A DNA stretch of 64,000 nucleotides from Roseovarius sp. (GCA_046290265.1 JBKAGF010000017.1:202-64201), one strand, 5' to 3'; counted from the first letter of the stretch, positions 31,539 through 41,474 are shown. The notes: generated by a model from the sequence alone, not told the origin. A program made the numbers and translations.

Positions 31539-32216
31539 ATGGGCGATCGGTCGGGAACTGTGGTGTTCGATCTGGACGGGACGCTGGCGGATACGAGCGG
31601 CGACCTGATTGCCGCCGCCAATGCCTGTTTTCGGGGCATGGGCGCGGGCGACCTGCTGGACCCGGTGGCAGATGCCGGCACCGCGTTGCGTGGTGGGCGG
31701 GCGATGCTGTTGCTTGGCATGACCCGGCTGGGGCGGCCAGATGATTTTGCCGAGATCGACCGGCAATATCCAATTCTTCTGGAGGCTTACGGCGAGGCGA
31801 TCGACACGCATACGGTGTTCTATCCCGGTGCGATGGACGCGGTGGAGGCCCTGCGGCTGGCCGGGCATCCGGTGGCGATCTGCACCAACAAGCCCGAGGC
31901 GCTGGCGTTGAAGCTGATGACCTCGCTGGGAGCACTGGACCGGTTCGGCGCGCTGGTGGGGGCGGATACCCTGGCGGTGCGCAAGCCCGACCCTGAGCCG
32001 CTGCGCGAGGTGGTGCGGCGCGCGGGCGGCGACCCGGGCCGCTGCCTGCTGGTGGGGGACACGGTGACCGACCGCGAGACGGCGCGGGCGGCGGGGGTTC
32101 CATCGGTGCTGGTGACCTTCGGGCCCGGCGACGAGGATGTGCGGGCGCTGGAGCCCGAGGCCACGATCGACCATTTCGGCGAACTGCCCGGCGTGGTGCG
32201 CGGACTTTTCGCCTGA
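31539..32216 (+). CDS. HAD hydrolase, phosphoglycolate phosphatase-like
   Basis: FDLDGTLAD, CTNK, RKPDP, VGDT..D. Confidence 0.9.
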   Translation: MGDRSGTVVFDLDGTLADTSGDLIAAANACFRGMGAGDLLDPVADAGTALRGGRAMLLLGMTRLGRPDDFAEIDRQYPILLEAYGEAIDTHTVFYPGAMDAVEALRLAGHPVAICTNKPEALALKLMTSLGALDRFGALVGADTLAVRKPDPEPLREVVRRAGGDPGRCLLVGDTVTDRETARAAGVPSVLVTFGPGDEDVRALEPEATIDHFGELPGVVRGLFA

Positions 32217-32219
32217 AAC

Positions 32220-32244
32220 CGGATTTCGGGAAACCGAAATGCCG
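32220..32244 (+). terminator. GAAA-tetraloop hairpin after the HAD gene
   Basis: atttcgg-gaaa-ccgaaat. Confidence 0.5.
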
Positions 32245-32266
32245 TTGCGCCCCGCGCGTTTGGGCG

Positions 32267-32295
32267 TTGACCCCGGTGGCGCGGGGTCGCAATAA
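32267..32295 (+). promoter_or_regulatory. Sigma70-type promoter, probably giving a leaderless mRNA
   Basis: TTGACC-N17-CAATAA ending 7 nt before ATG 32302. Confidence 0.55.
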
Positions 32296-32301
32296 ATGCC
32301 C

Positions 32302-33501
32302 ATGAGCGAGACATTCACACGCAGTTTCACCCAGCAGGAGCCGATCCCCGAGGAGGGTATGCGCGCCGCGCTGGAGGTGATGCAGAGCGGCCGGCTGCAC
32401 CGCTACAACCTGTCGCCCGGAGAGGTGGGCGAGGTCGGCCTGCTGGAACAGGAATTCGCGGCCTATACAGGCGCGAAATACGCGCTGGCCGTCGCCTCTG
32501 GCGGGTACGCGATGGCCACGGCACTGCGGGCGCTGGGCGTGCAGCATGGCGAAAAAGTGTTAACGAATGCTTTCACCCTCGCGCCGGTGCCGGGGGCGAT
32601 TGCCAGCGTGGGGGCCGTGCCGGTTTTCGTCGGCGTGACCGAGTCCTTGACCATCGACCTTGAAGATCTGGTTAACAAGGCGGGCGAGGCGCGGATCCTG
32701 ATGCTGAGCCACATGCGCGGGCACCTGTGCGATATGGACCGGCTGGTGCAGATCGCCCGCGACCACGGGCTGACCATCGTCGAGGATTGCGCCCACACGA
32801 TGGGGGCGGCGTGGAACGGGGTTCCGTCGGGGCGGCATGGCATCGTTGGCTGCTATTCGACGCAGACCTACAAGCACATGAATTCGGGCGAGGGCGGCCT
32901 GCTGGTGACGGATGATCCGGGCGTCATGGCGAAGGCGGCGATGCTGTCGGGGTCCTACATGCTTTATGGCCGGCACGGGACGGTGCCGCCGGAAGAGGAA
33001 TTCGAGAAGGTCAAGTACGCCACCCCCAATGTCTCGGGCCGGATGGACCACCTGCGCGCGGCGATTTTACGCCCGCAACTCAAGGCGTTGGACGCGCAAT
33101 GCGCCAAGTGGAACGACCGTTACCGCGTGGTCGAGGACGGCCTGCGCGGCACGCCCGGCCTGAAGGTGGTGGAGCGGCCCGAGGCCGAAACATATGTGGG
33201 CTCGTCGATCCAGTTCCTGCTGCTGGACTGGAGCGACGGGGCCATTGCCGAGGTGGTGGCGCGCTGCGCGAAACGCGGTGTCGAGCTGAAATGGTTCGGG
33301 GGCGCCGAGCCGGTGGGATTCACCAGCCGCTATGACAGCTGGCGCTATGCGCCGAGCGCGCCGATGCCCGCCAGCGACCGGGTGCTGAAGGCGATCCTGG
33401 ACATGCGCCTGCCACTGACGTTCGACCTGGAGGATTGCGCCCTGATCGCGCGGATCATCCGGGCCGAGGTGGGCGCGGTCCAGCAGGCCGGATCCGCCTG
33501 A
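32302..33501 (+). CDS. DegT/DnrJ/EryC1/StrS PLP aminotransferase
   Basis: EDCAHTMG, YSTQTYKHMNSGEGG. Confidence 0.92.
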   Translation: MSETFTRSFTQQEPIPEEGMRAALEVMQSGRLHRYNLSPGEVGEVGLLEQEFAAYTGAKYALAVASGGYAMATALRALGVQHGEKVLTNAFTLAPVPGAIASVGAVPVFVGVTESLTIDLEDLVNKAGEARILMLSHMRGHLCDMDRLVQIARDHGLTIVEDCAHTMGAAWNGVPSGRHGIVGCYSTQTYKHMNSGEGGLLVTDDPGVMAKAAMLSGSYMLYGRHGTVPPEEEFEKVKYATPNVSGRMDHLRAAILRPQLKALDAQCAKWNDRYRVVEDGLRGTPGLKVVERPEAETYVGSSIQFLLLDWSDGAIAEVVARCAKRGVELKWFGGAEPVGFTSRYDSWRYAPSAPMPASDRVLKAILDMRLPLTFDLEDCALIARIIRAEVGAVQQAGSA

Positions 33502-33508
33502 AAAGGAT

Positions 33509-33626
33509 GGTTAACGGCGAATCGCCGGCCGCAAATTGCACGTCGGTATCGCTTCGGTATCCCGTCGGTATGGCGACGGTGCCAGTGTCGCGTTTTCCGT
33601 GGTTAACGAAACGCCCGCGGTTAACC
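33509..33626. repeat. Intergenic element with three TCGGTAT units at 11-bp period flanked by GTTAAC sites
   Basis: TCGGTAT at 33543, 33554, 33565; GTTAAC at 33510, 33602, 33620. Confidence 0.6.
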
Positions 33627-33712
33627 GGTGGTAGCTGCGCCGGGCGTTGCGGCCGGTCTATCCTTGGGCGCGGAAGACCGCGCCGGTCGGGATCGGGGCG
33701 ATGCCGGAATTT

Positions 33713-33735
33713 GAGTATTTGAAGAACAGTGAATG
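33713..33735 (+). repeat. GAGTATTT-family repeat, copy 2
   Basis: gagtatttgaagaacagtgaatg. Confidence 0.6.
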
Positions 33736-33752
33736 AGGGGCCTTTTGCCCGG

Positions 33753-34214
33753 TCAGTCGGGGGCGGCGGGGATCGGAACCGATGAAATCGAGACCTTGGC
33801 GGAGCCCTGCGAGAGTTCGCGACCGTGCGAAATGTAGACCAGCGTGTTGCGTTTCGCATCATAGATGCGTTTCACGCGCAGCGTCTTGAAGATGATCGAG
33901 CGGCTGGCGCGGAACACGTCCTCGCCATCCTCGGAGCGGTCGATATCGCCGATCGTGATCGGGCCGGTCTGCTGGCATTCGATGGCGCTGTTGGAAGGAT
34001 CCTCGAACCAGTTGCCATTGGCCAGCCGGTCGATCAGCCCGCGTTCGAAATAGGCGAGGTGGCAGGTGACGCCCTGCACCTCTGGATCCTCGATCGCCTC
34101 GACGATGATGTCGTTGCCGGCCCAGTCGACGCCGATCTCGCCCACCTGCTCGGCGCGGGCGGGCGAGACCATGAGAGCCGCCAGCGCGGCGGCCCCGAAA
34201 CATGCGCGGCGCAT
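33753..34214 (-). CDS. creA: CreA-family periplasmic protein
   Basis: Signal peptide, DPEVQGVTCHL, EDPSNSAIECQQTGP, FKTLRVKRIYD. Confidence 0.88.
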   Translation of the reverse strand: MRRACFGAAALAALMVSPARAEQVGEIGVDWAGNDIIVEAIEDPEVQGVTCHLAYFERGLIDRLANGNWFEDPSNSAIECQQTGPITIGDIDRSEDGEDVFRASRSIIFKTLRVKRIYDAKRNTLVYISHGRELSQGSAKVSISSVPIPAAPD

Positions 34215-34684
34215 CAGAACGTGACCGTGCCGTGTTCGCCCACGTCGGGCGTGTCGTTGCTGATCGAGGCGCGGGCGAACTCGAAAAGCGACTTGGCATT
34301 GCCATCGGTGGCCCAGACGGCCGCCTTCTTGGGGCGCATCGACACGAGGACGATGTCGTCGTCCTGGCGGCCCTCGTCGAACCACACGGCGGCCATGGGC
34401 GACCAGATCTCGTCGAGCTTGGACTCGCTGGTCTCGACCGACAGCGCGCCGTCGATATCGGCATAGATATGCGCGCTGGGGCAGGCGGCGATGAACTTGC
34501 AGGTCTCGCCCTTGGCCGCCGCATCGGCGATGTCGGTGCCCTTGGCGGTGATGAACCAGATGGCGTTGTCGTCATCGGTGATGGTGGGCGCCATGGGGCG
34601 CGGCGGGGCGCTGGCGCTGGACAGCATGCCGGCCTGCAGGCTGTCGAGACGCTTCCACAGGGTTTTTCTCAGATCGTCGGACAT
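34214..34684 (-). CDS. Pyridoxamine 5'-phosphate oxidase-like / general stress protein 26 family
   Basis: RPM, IWFIT, DEIWSPMAAVWF.EG..D. Confidence 0.85.
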   Translation of the reverse strand: MSDDLRKTLWKRLDSLQAGMLSSASAPPRPMAPTITDDDNAIWFITAKGTDIADAAAKGETCKFIAACPSAHIYADIDGALSVETSESKLDEIWSPMAAVWFDEGRQDDDIVLVSMRPKKAAVWATDGNAKSLFEFARASISNDTPDVGEHGTVTF

Positions 34685-34723
34685 CGGGGATCTCCTTTGG
34701 TAGAATGTGAGTGTCAGGGGGCC

Positions 34724-34749
34724 AACACGCGGTGCGCGGAATCGGTTCC
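34724..34749 (-). promoter_or_regulatory. EcfG (general stress sigma)-type promoter
   Basis: Minus strand GGAAC-N17-TGTT upstream of the general stress protein gene. Confidence 0.6.
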
Positions 34750-34766
34750 GGCGCGGTGGCGCGGGA

Positions 34767-34809
34767 TTGACGGGGGGCCGGGGCGAGCCTATAAATGAAC
34801 AAGCGTTCA
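34767..34809 (+). promoter_or_regulatory. Sigma70 promoter with palindromic operator for the liu operon
   Basis: TTGACG-N17-TATAAA followed immediately by TGAAC-N4-GTTCA (34796-34809). Confidence 0.75.
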
Positions 34810-34832
34810 ATAAATGCCGGGAGGGGTGAGGA

Positions 34833-35996
34833 ATGTTCGACGCGGTGATGAAATTCGACCTGGGCGAGGACGTGCACGCCCTGCGCGACATGGTGCATCG
34901 CTGGGCGCAGGAGCGGGTCAAGCCGCAGGCCGCCGAGATCGACCGGACGAATGAATTCCCCCCCGAGCTGTGGACCGAGATGGGCGCGCTGGGCCTGTTG
35001 GGAATCACTGTGCCCGAGGAGCATGGCGGGGCCGGCATGGGGTATCTCGCGCATGTGGTCGCGGTAGAGGAGGTGGCGCGGGCCTCGGCCAGCGTGTCGC
35101 TGAGCTATGGCGCGCATTCCAACCTGTGCGTGAACCAGATCAAGCTGAACGGATCGGACGCGCAGCGGGCGAAATACCTGCCGGGGCTGATCAGCGGCGA
35201 ACATGTGGGCGCGCTGGCCATGTCCGAGGCGGGGGCGGGCAGCGACGTGGTGTCGATGAGCCTGCGCGCCGAAAAGCGCAACGATCACTATCGCCTTAAC
35301 GGCAACAAGTACTGGATCACCAACGGGCCGGATGCCGATACGCTGGTGGTCTATGCCAAGACCGAGCCGGAGGCGGGGGCCAAGGGGATCACTGCGTTCC
35401 TGATCGAGAAAGCGATGACCGGGTTCACGACCAGCGCGCATTTCGACAAGCTGGGGATGCGCGGCAGCAATACCGCCGAGCTGATCTTCGAAGACGTGGA
35501 AGTGCCGTTCGACAACGTGCTGGGCGAGGAAGGCCGCGGCGTGAAGGTGCTGATGTCAGGGCTGGATTACGAGCGCGTGGTGCTGGCCGGGATCGGCCTG
35601 GGGATCATGGCGGCGTGTCTCGATGAGATCATGCCCTACATGGTGGAGCGCAAGCAGTTCGGCCAGCCGATCGGGTCGTTCCAGCTGATGCAGGGCAAGA
35701 TTGCCGACATGTACACGGCGATGAACTCGGCCCGGGCCTATGTCTATGAGGTGGCCAAGGCGTGCGACCGGGGCGAGGTGACGCGGCAGGATGCGGCGGC
35801 CTGCTGTCTTTATGCCAGCGAGCAGGCGATGGTGCAGGCACACCAGGCGGTGCAGGCGATGGGCGGCGCGGGGTTCCTGAACGATGCGGCGGTGGCGCGG
35901 ATCTTCCGCGATGCCAAGCTGATGGAGATCGGGGCGGGCACGTCCGAGATCCGGCGGATGCTGATCGGGCGCGAGCTGATGGCGGCGATGGCGTAG
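34833..35996 (+). CDS. ivd: Isovaleryl-CoA dehydrogenase
   Basis: [45 protein letters not shown]; liu context. Confidence 0.93.
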   Translation: MFDAVMKFDLGEDVHALRDMVHRWAQERVKPQAAEIDRTNEFPPELWTEMGALGLLGITVPEEHGGAGMGYLAHVVAVEEVARASASVSLSYGAHSNLCVNQIKLNGSDAQRAKYLPGLISGEHVGALAMSEAGAGSDVVSMSLRAEKRNDHYRLNGNKYWITNGPDADTLVVYAKTEPEAGAKGITAFLIEKAMTGFTTSAHFDKLGMRGSNTAELIFEDVEVPFDNVLGEEGRGVKVLMSGLDYERVVLAGIGLGIMAACLDEIMPYMVERKQFGQPIGSFQLMQGKIADMYTAMNSARAYVYEVAKACDRGEVTRQDAAACCLYASEQAMVQAHQAVQAMGGAGFLNDAAVARIFRDAKLMEIGAGTSEIRRMLIGRELMAAMA

Positions 35997-35999
35997 GCC

Positions 36000-36308
36000 A
36001 TGCGATTTCCGCGCACACCGTGGATCTTCGTGCCGCTGCTGGCGCTGGTGCTGTGCGGTGCGGTGCTGGCGCTGCTGCTGGGCGGGCGGGCGGCGACCCC
36101 GAGCGAGACGGCGGTGATCGCGGTGGTCGCGGATCGCTATGTGGCCGAGACGGGCGCGGCGCGCAGCGACTGTCACGCGACACCGGCGCAATCGGCGGGA
36201 TTGTGGCTGGTGGTGACCTGCCAGGCGATCAACGGCGCCGGGGTGGAATATTTCGTGGACCGGTACGGGGACGTGACCGACCGCAGGGAGATGAGGAAAG
36301 GCGGGTAA
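36000..36308 (+). CDS. Hypothetical membrane-anchored protein
   Basis: N-terminal TM segment, two Cys, operonic position. Confidence 0.72.
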   Translation: MRFPRTPWIFVPLLALVLCGAVLALLLGGRAATPSETAVIAVVADRYVAETGAARSDCHATPAQSAGLWLVVTCQAINGAGVEYFVDRYGDVTDRREMRKGG

Positions 36309-36309
36309 G

Positions 36310-37878
36310 GTGCTGGAGCAAAAGCCATATGATGCATTGCGCGCCGGGTTTTCCTGGGACCTGCCGGCGCGGCTGAACATGGCGGCGCAGGCGTGTGACG
36401 ACTGGGCGGCGCGCGCGCCGGACCGCGTGGCGATCAGGGACCTGGCGGAGATGGGCCGGGACCTGAGCTATGGCGATCTGCGGGACATGGCGGACCGGTT
36501 GGCGCATGCGCTGGTGGCGAAAGGCGTCGCGCGGGGCGACCGGGTGGGCGTGCTGCGCAGCCAGGGCGCCTGGTGTGCCGCGGCGCATATCGCGATCTGG
36601 AAGATCGGGGCGGTGTCGATCCCGCTGTTCAAGCTGTTTCGCGAGGATGCGCTGACCAGCCGGGTGCGGGACGCGGGCGCGAAAATCGTCGTGACCGACG
36701 CGGAAGGCGTTGATATGTTGGCGGTTTTGGCCGAAGTCGAGGCCTTTGTGCCGGAGCAGGCGGAACTGCCGGAGCGCGGCGCGTTCGAGACCGCCGGCAC
36801 CGGGCCCGAGGATCCGGCGGTGCTGATCTATACCAGCGGCACGACCGGCAGCCCGAAAGGCGCGCTGCACGGGCACCGGGTGCTGACCGGGCATTTGCCG
36901 GGGGTCGAGATGCCGCATGATTTCCTGGGCCAGCACGAGGGGGATTGCCTGTGGACGCCGGCCGATTGGGCCTGGATTGGTGGCCTCTTCAACATCCTGA
37001 TGCCGGGGCTTGCCTTGGGCGTGCCGGTGGTGGCGGCAAGATTGCCGAAATTCAGCGTCGAGGAGTGCGTGAGGATCATCCGGCAAGGGGCTGTTCGGAA
37101 TGTATTTTTCCCGCCCACGGCATTGCGGATGCTGAAGGCCGCCGACGAGCGCATCGAGGGCCTGCGCACGGTGGCCAGCGGGGGTGAGCCGCTGGGCGCG
37201 GAGATGCTGGACTGGGGGCACAAGGCGTTCGGGCTGACAATCAACGAGTTTTACGGGCAGACCGAGTGCAACCTGGTGGCCTGTTCCTGCCAGAGCCTGT
37301 TTGACCCGAAACCGGGTTGTATCGGCAAGGTGGTGCCGGGGCACGAGGTGGCGGTTTTGAACCCGGACGGAGAGCCGACGGACGACGAGGGCGATGTGGC
37401 GGTCAGGCGCGGATCGGCCAGCATGATGCTGGAATACTGGAACCGGCCCGAGCAGACCGCCGAAAAGTTCCGCGGCGACTGGATGCTGACCGGCGACCGG
37501 GGCGTGTGGGACGGGGAGTTCCTGCGCTTTGTGGGGCGCGAGGATGACGTGATCACCAGTTCCGGTTACCGGATCGGGCCGGCGGAGATCGAGGATTGCC
37601 TGCTGACCCATGACGCGGTGGCGACGGTGGGGGTGGTGGGCAAGCCCGACGCGCTGCGCACCGAGATCGTGAAGGCCTATGTGGTGGTGCGGCCCGGCGT
37701 GACGGCGGATGACGCCTTGGCCGAGGCGTTGAAAACTCATGTGAAAGAGCGGCTTGCGGGGTATTCCTATCCCAGGGAAGTAGCGTTTCTGGACGCTTTG
37801 CCGATGACGGTGACGGGCAAGGTTATCCGCAAGGAGTTGAAGGCGCGGGCCGTGGCGGAAACGGAGGATGACGGATGA
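36310..37878 (+). CDS. AMP-dependent acyl-CoA synthetase
   Basis: YTSGTTGSPKG, EFYGQTE, TGD, GREDDVITSSGYRIGP. Confidence 0.93.
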   Translation: MLEQKPYDALRAGFSWDLPARLNMAAQACDDWAARAPDRVAIRDLAEMGRDLSYGDLRDMADRLAHALVAKGVARGDRVGVLRSQGAWCAAAHIAIWKIGAVSIPLFKLFREDALTSRVRDAGAKIVVTDAEGVDMLAVLAEVEAFVPEQAELPERGAFETAGTGPEDPAVLIYTSGTTGSPKGALHGHRVLTGHLPGVEMPHDFLGQHEGDCLWTPADWAWIGGLFNILMPGLALGVPVVAARLPKFSVEECVRIIRQGAVRNVFFPPTALRMLKAADERIEGLRTVASGGEPLGAEMLDWGHKAFGLTINEFYGQTECNLVACSCQSLFDPKPGCIGKVVPGHEVAVLNPDGEPTDDEGDVAVRRGSASMMLEYWNRPEQTAEKFRGDWMLTGDRGVWDGEFLRFVGREDDVITSSGYRIGPAEIEDCLLTHDAVATVGVVGKPDALRTEIVKAYVVVRPGVTADDALAEALKTHVKERLAGYSYPREVAFLDALPMTVTGKVIRKELKARAVAETEDDG

Positions 37879-38363
37879 TCACGAGAGGGGTGGCGATAGT
37901 GGCGATTGCCGTGGCGGGCCTTTCGGGCGCGGCGCGGGCGCAGGAGGCAAGCGTGAACGAGAGCACGGTCGCGGCCTGTTTCGACGCGGCCCCGCGCGAT
38001 GCCGGTGTGCCGGGCTGCGTGGGAGATGCCGCGAACCAGTGCCAGACGCAGCCGGGCGGCGGCTCGACCATCGGGATCGTGGCGTGCCTGCAGGCCGAGA
38101 CGGCGGCGTGGGATGCGATACTGAACCGGGAATACAAGGCGACACGGGCGCGGGTGGATCAGGTCGACCCCGGCCAACCGCCTGTTTCCGAAGCGCTTTT
38201 GACGGCGCAGCGGGCCTGGATCGCCTATCGCGATGCCGAATGTGCGCTGGCCTTCGAGCGCAACCGGGGCGGTACGATCCGGACGGTGGCGGCGGCGTCC
38301 TGCCTGATGCGGATGACCGCGCGGCGGGCGCTGGAGCTGCGCGATATGCGGGGGGGAATGTAG
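37875..38363 (+). CDS. DUF1311 / LprI-family secreted protein
   Basis: Signal peptide, C..E...WD..LN.EY, AQRAWIAYRDAEC. Confidence 0.88.
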   Translation: MITRGVAIVAIAVAGLSGAARAQEASVNESTVAACFDAAPRDAGVPGCVGDAANQCQTQPGGGSTIGIVACLQAETAAWDAILNREYKATRARVDQVDPGQPPVSEALLTAQRAWIAYRDAECALAFERNRGGTIRTVAAASCLMRMTARRALELRDMRGGM

Positions 38364-38365
38364 CC

Positions 38366-38965
38366 GTGGCGGTGCTGCGCGACATTCTTGGCCTGCTTGG
38401 TTCGGTCGCCTGCGCGTGTCCTTGCGCGGCGCAGGATCCGCTCCCGGATTTCGCCACCTGTCTGCGGGGCGAGATCCTGCGCTATGAGCAGGCGGTCGAC
38501 GCCTTCGCGCCGACCCCGGCGGAGAAGGCGGGCTATCCGTTGGCCAATGTGAGCGGCGTGGAATTTTGCGGCACGATCGGGATCGTGATCTGCGACCGGA
38601 CCGAGGAACCGCTGGGCTGCCAGAAGGCGCTGGCGGTGGAGCAGGATATCTGGCGGGCGCGGGTGCTGACCGAGTTGCCGGAGCCCGAGGAGGCCGCGGG
38701 GGAAGAGGAAGAAAAACCTTTTGCGAAAGTGCTTTACGAGCAGCTTTTCCACCTGGCGCATGGCATGTCTGCGGGGATGGATTGCGCCGGGCACAGCCCG
38801 CGGATGGAAATGTGGTGCCGCGCGCGGGAAGCCAACGGGCGGCTGCGCTCGGCGGTGATCGCGTGGCAGGTGGCGCGGCACCAGGGGTTGGTGCCGCCGG
38901 CCTTCGACGCGGGATGGATCGCCGCGCCCGACCCGGTGCGTCCCAGATCGAGACCGGAAGAATGA
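38366..38965 (+). CDS. Secreted Cys-rich hypothetical protein
   Basis: GTG start 2 nt after the previous stop; signal-like N-terminus; host codons. Confidence 0.72.
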   Translation: MAVLRDILGLLGSVACACPCAAQDPLPDFATCLRGEILRYEQAVDAFAPTPAEKAGYPLANVSGVEFCGTIGIVICDRTEEPLGCQKALAVEQDIWRARVLTELPEPEEAAGEEEEKPFAKVLYEQLFHLAHGMSAGMDCAGHSPRMEMWCRAREANGRLRSAVIAWQVARHQGLVPPAFDAGWIAAPDPVRPRSRPEE

Positions 38966-38994
38966 CCCGCGCGATTGCGGCCATATACGGAAAC

Positions 38995-39024
38995 GGGGCC
39001 GGCCCGAAGGCCCGCCCCGCCTGC
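38995..39024 (-). terminator. Hairpin terminator for ompW
   Basis: Minus strand cggggcgggcc-ttcg-ggccggccccg then ttt. Confidence 0.55.
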
Positions 39025-39045
39025 ATCCCCGTCGCCCGGGAAGGA

Positions 39046-39651
39046 TCAGAAGGTGTGGACGTAGGATACGCCGAAGACCCACGGGTTGATCTTGGCCTTG
39101 CCGATGTCCACGCCGTTCAGCTTGACGTCGCTTTCGATGTTCATCCAGCGCACGTCTGTCCGCAGCGCGCCCTTGTCGGAGACCTTGTAGTCAAGCCCGG
39201 CATGGAGGGCGATGCCCCAGCTGTCATCGAGATCGAGATCGTTGCCGGCGAGCGGGCCCACGGCCTTGGATTCGGTGAAGGTGGTGTAGTTGATGCCTGC
39301 GCCGATGAAGGGTGTGATCTTGGTCGCATTGGTGAAGTGGTATTGCAGCGAGAGCGTGGGCGGCAGGTGCTTGACCTCGCCGATCCTGGTGCCGCCGGTA
39401 TCGACATCGTGGGCGAAGGGCCATGCGGCCAGAAGCTCGATCCCGAGATTGTCGGCGATGAAATATTCGCCGGTGAGCTGCAGCGAGTAGCCGTTGTCGA
39501 CATCGATGGGCGTCGGTCCGGCGAGCACGCCATTGCCGCTTTCTGGGACGACGCCGGCGAGGCCGATGCCGAGGGAGATATCCCCGCGTTCCTGCGCGAG
39601 GGCGGGAGCGGCGGCGAGTGCTGCGAGTGCGAGGGCGGTGAGGTGTTTCAT
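39046..39651 (-). CDS. ompW: OmpW-family outer membrane protein
   Basis: IELLAAWPF, HLPPTL, QYHF, PFIGAGINY, INPWV..Y.F. Confidence 0.93.
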   Translation of the reverse strand: MKHLTALALAALAAAPALAQERGDISLGIGLAGVVPESGNGVLAGPTPIDVDNGYSLQLTGEYFIADNLGIELLAAWPFAHDVDTGGTRIGEVKHLPPTLSLQYHFTNATKITPFIGAGINYTTFTESKAVGPLAGNDLDLDDSWGIALHAGLDYKVSDKGALRTDVRWMNIESDVKLNGVDIGKAKINPWVFGVSYVHTF

Positions 39652-39709
39652 GGTCTTTCCAGTTCTGGCTTCGATGGGCCGGGTATGACCGCGAACGCGC
39701 CAAGCTGCC

Positions 39710-39723
39710 TTGATATAAGTCAA
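39710..39723 (-). promoter_or_regulatory. FnrL/FNR box upstream of ompW
   Basis: Minus strand TTGAC-TTAT-ATCAA; CATACC at the -12 position expected for a site centred at -41.5. Confidence 0.8.
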
Positions 39724-39809
39724 AATCGCGGCGCCTTGTCCGGGCGGCCGACGAGGCCCGTGTCATGCCGCATTGCGGCGGCAGGTGAGACCATGAAAGG
39801 AGCAGGCGC

Positions 39810-41429
39810 ATGAAGATTGCCTCGAAGATCCTGACCGGATCGGCGGAGTTCCAGGCCAACCGGGAGGCGCATCTGGAGGCGCTGGCGGTGGTGGAAGAGG
39901 CCGCGCGGGCCGCGGCCGAAGGTGGCGGAGAGGCCGCGCGGGAACGCCACAAGAGCCGGGGCAAGATGCCCCCGCGCGAACGGGTGGCGAACCTCTTGGA
40001 CCCGGGCAGTCCCTTTCTCGAGGTGGGCGCGGTGGCGGCGCACGGGTTGTATGATGGTGCGGCACCCTGCGCGGGCGTGATCGCGGGCGTGGGGCGCGTC
40101 GCGGGGCGCGACTGCATGGTGGTGTGCAATGACGCCACGGTGAAGGGTGGCACGTATTATCCGATGACGGTGAAAAAACACCTGCGCGCGCAGGAGATCG
40201 CCGAGGAATGCCGGCTGCCCTGCATCTACCTGGTGGATTCGGGCGGCGCGAACCTGCCGAACCAGGATGAGGTGTTCCCTGACCGGGACCATTTCGGGCG
40301 GATTTTCTACAACCAGGCGCGGATGAGCGCCAAAGGCATCGCGCAGATCGCCGTGGTGATGGGCTCGTGCACCGCCGGGGGCGCCTATGTGCCGGCAATG
40401 AGCGACGTGACTATCATCGTGCGCGACCAGGGCACGATTTTCCTGGCCGGGCCGCCGCTGGTGAAGGCGGCGACGGGCGAGGACGTGACGGCCGAGGATC
40501 TGGGCGGCGGCGACGTGCATACGCGGCTTTCCGGCGTGGCGGATTACCTGGCGGAGGATGATGCGCACGCGCTGGCCCTGGCGCGGCGGGCGGTAGGCAA
40601 CCTTGGGATGGAGGCAGGGGTCGCCGGGGTGAACCCCGGCCTACGGATGGAGACACCGGAAGAGCCGGCCTATGACCCGGAGGAGATCCTGGGCGTGGTG
40701 CCGGGGGACCTGCGTACGCCGTATGACATCCGCGAGGTCATTGCGCGGCTGGTGGACGGGAGCCGCTTCGACGAGTTCAAGGCGCGGTTCGGAGAGACGC
40801 TGGTGACCGGGTTTGCCCATGTGGAGGGCTGCCCGGTGGGGATTGTCGCCAATAACGGTGTCTTGTTCAGCGAGGCGGCCCAGAAGGGCGCGCATTTCGT
40901 GGAATTGTGCAGCCAGCGCAAGGTGCCGCTGGTCTTCCTGCAGAACATCACCGGGTTCATGGTGGGCCGGAAATACGAGAACGAGGGGATCGCGCGGCAC
41001 GGGGCCAAGATGGTGACGGCGGTGGCGACGACCAGCGTGCCCAAGGTGACGATGCTGGTGGGCGGCTCTTTCGGCGCCGGGAATTACGGCATGGCCGGGC
41101 GGGCGTACCAGCCGCGGTTCCTGTGGACGTGGCCGAATTCACGTATCTCGGTGATGGGGGGCGCGCAGGCGGCGGGGGTGCTGGCCACGGTGAAGCGCGA
41201 CGCGATCGAGCGCAAGGGCGGGACCTGGAGCGCCGAGGAGGAGGCGGCGTTCAAGCAGCCGACGATTGAGATGTTCGAGGAACAGAGCCATCCGCTTTAT
41301 GCCAGTGCGCGGCTGTGGGATGACGGGATCATCGACCCGCGCAAATCCCGGGCGGTGCTGTCGCTGTCCTTGCGGGCGGCGCTGAATGCGCCGGTGGAGG
41401 AGACGCGGTTTGGGCTCTTTCGGATGTGA
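39810..41429 (+). CDS. mccB: 3-methylcrotonyl-CoA carboxylase beta subunit
   Basis: [34 protein letters not shown]. Confidence 0.95.
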   Translation: MKIASKILTGSAEFQANREAHLEALAVVEEAARAAAEGGGEAARERHKSRGKMPPRERVANLLDPGSPFLEVGAVAAHGLYDGAAPCAGVIAGVGRVAGRDCMVVCNDATVKGGTYYPMTVKKHLRAQEIAEECRLPCIYLVDSGGANLPNQDEVFPDRDHFGRIFYNQARMSAKGIAQIAVVMGSCTAGGAYVPAMSDVTIIVRDQGTIFLAGPPLVKAATGEDVTAEDLGGGDVHTRLSGVADYLAEDDAHALALARRAVGNLGMEAGVAGVNPGLRMETPEEPAYDPEEILGVVPGDLRTPYDIREVIARLVDGSRFDEFKARFGETLVTGFAHVEGCPVGIVANNGVLFSEAAQKGAHFVELCSQRKVPLVFLQNITGFMVGRKYENEGIARHGAKMVTAVATTSVPKVTMLVGGSFGAGNYGMAGRAYQPRFLWTWPNSRISVMGGAQAAGVLATVKRDAIERKGGTWSAEEEAAFKQPTIEMFEEQSHPLYASARLWDDGIIDPRKSRAVLSLSLRAALNAPVEETRFGLFRM

Positions 41430-41474
41430 ATGGCCAAGGGATCGGAGGCGGTGCGGGATGCGGCGTGGCGAATT

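Noticed and set aside
17902-33626. Repeat clusters as CRISPR arrays or transposon ends
   Set aside because: No repeat-spacer periodicity, no cas or transposase genes, and no target-site duplications identified.
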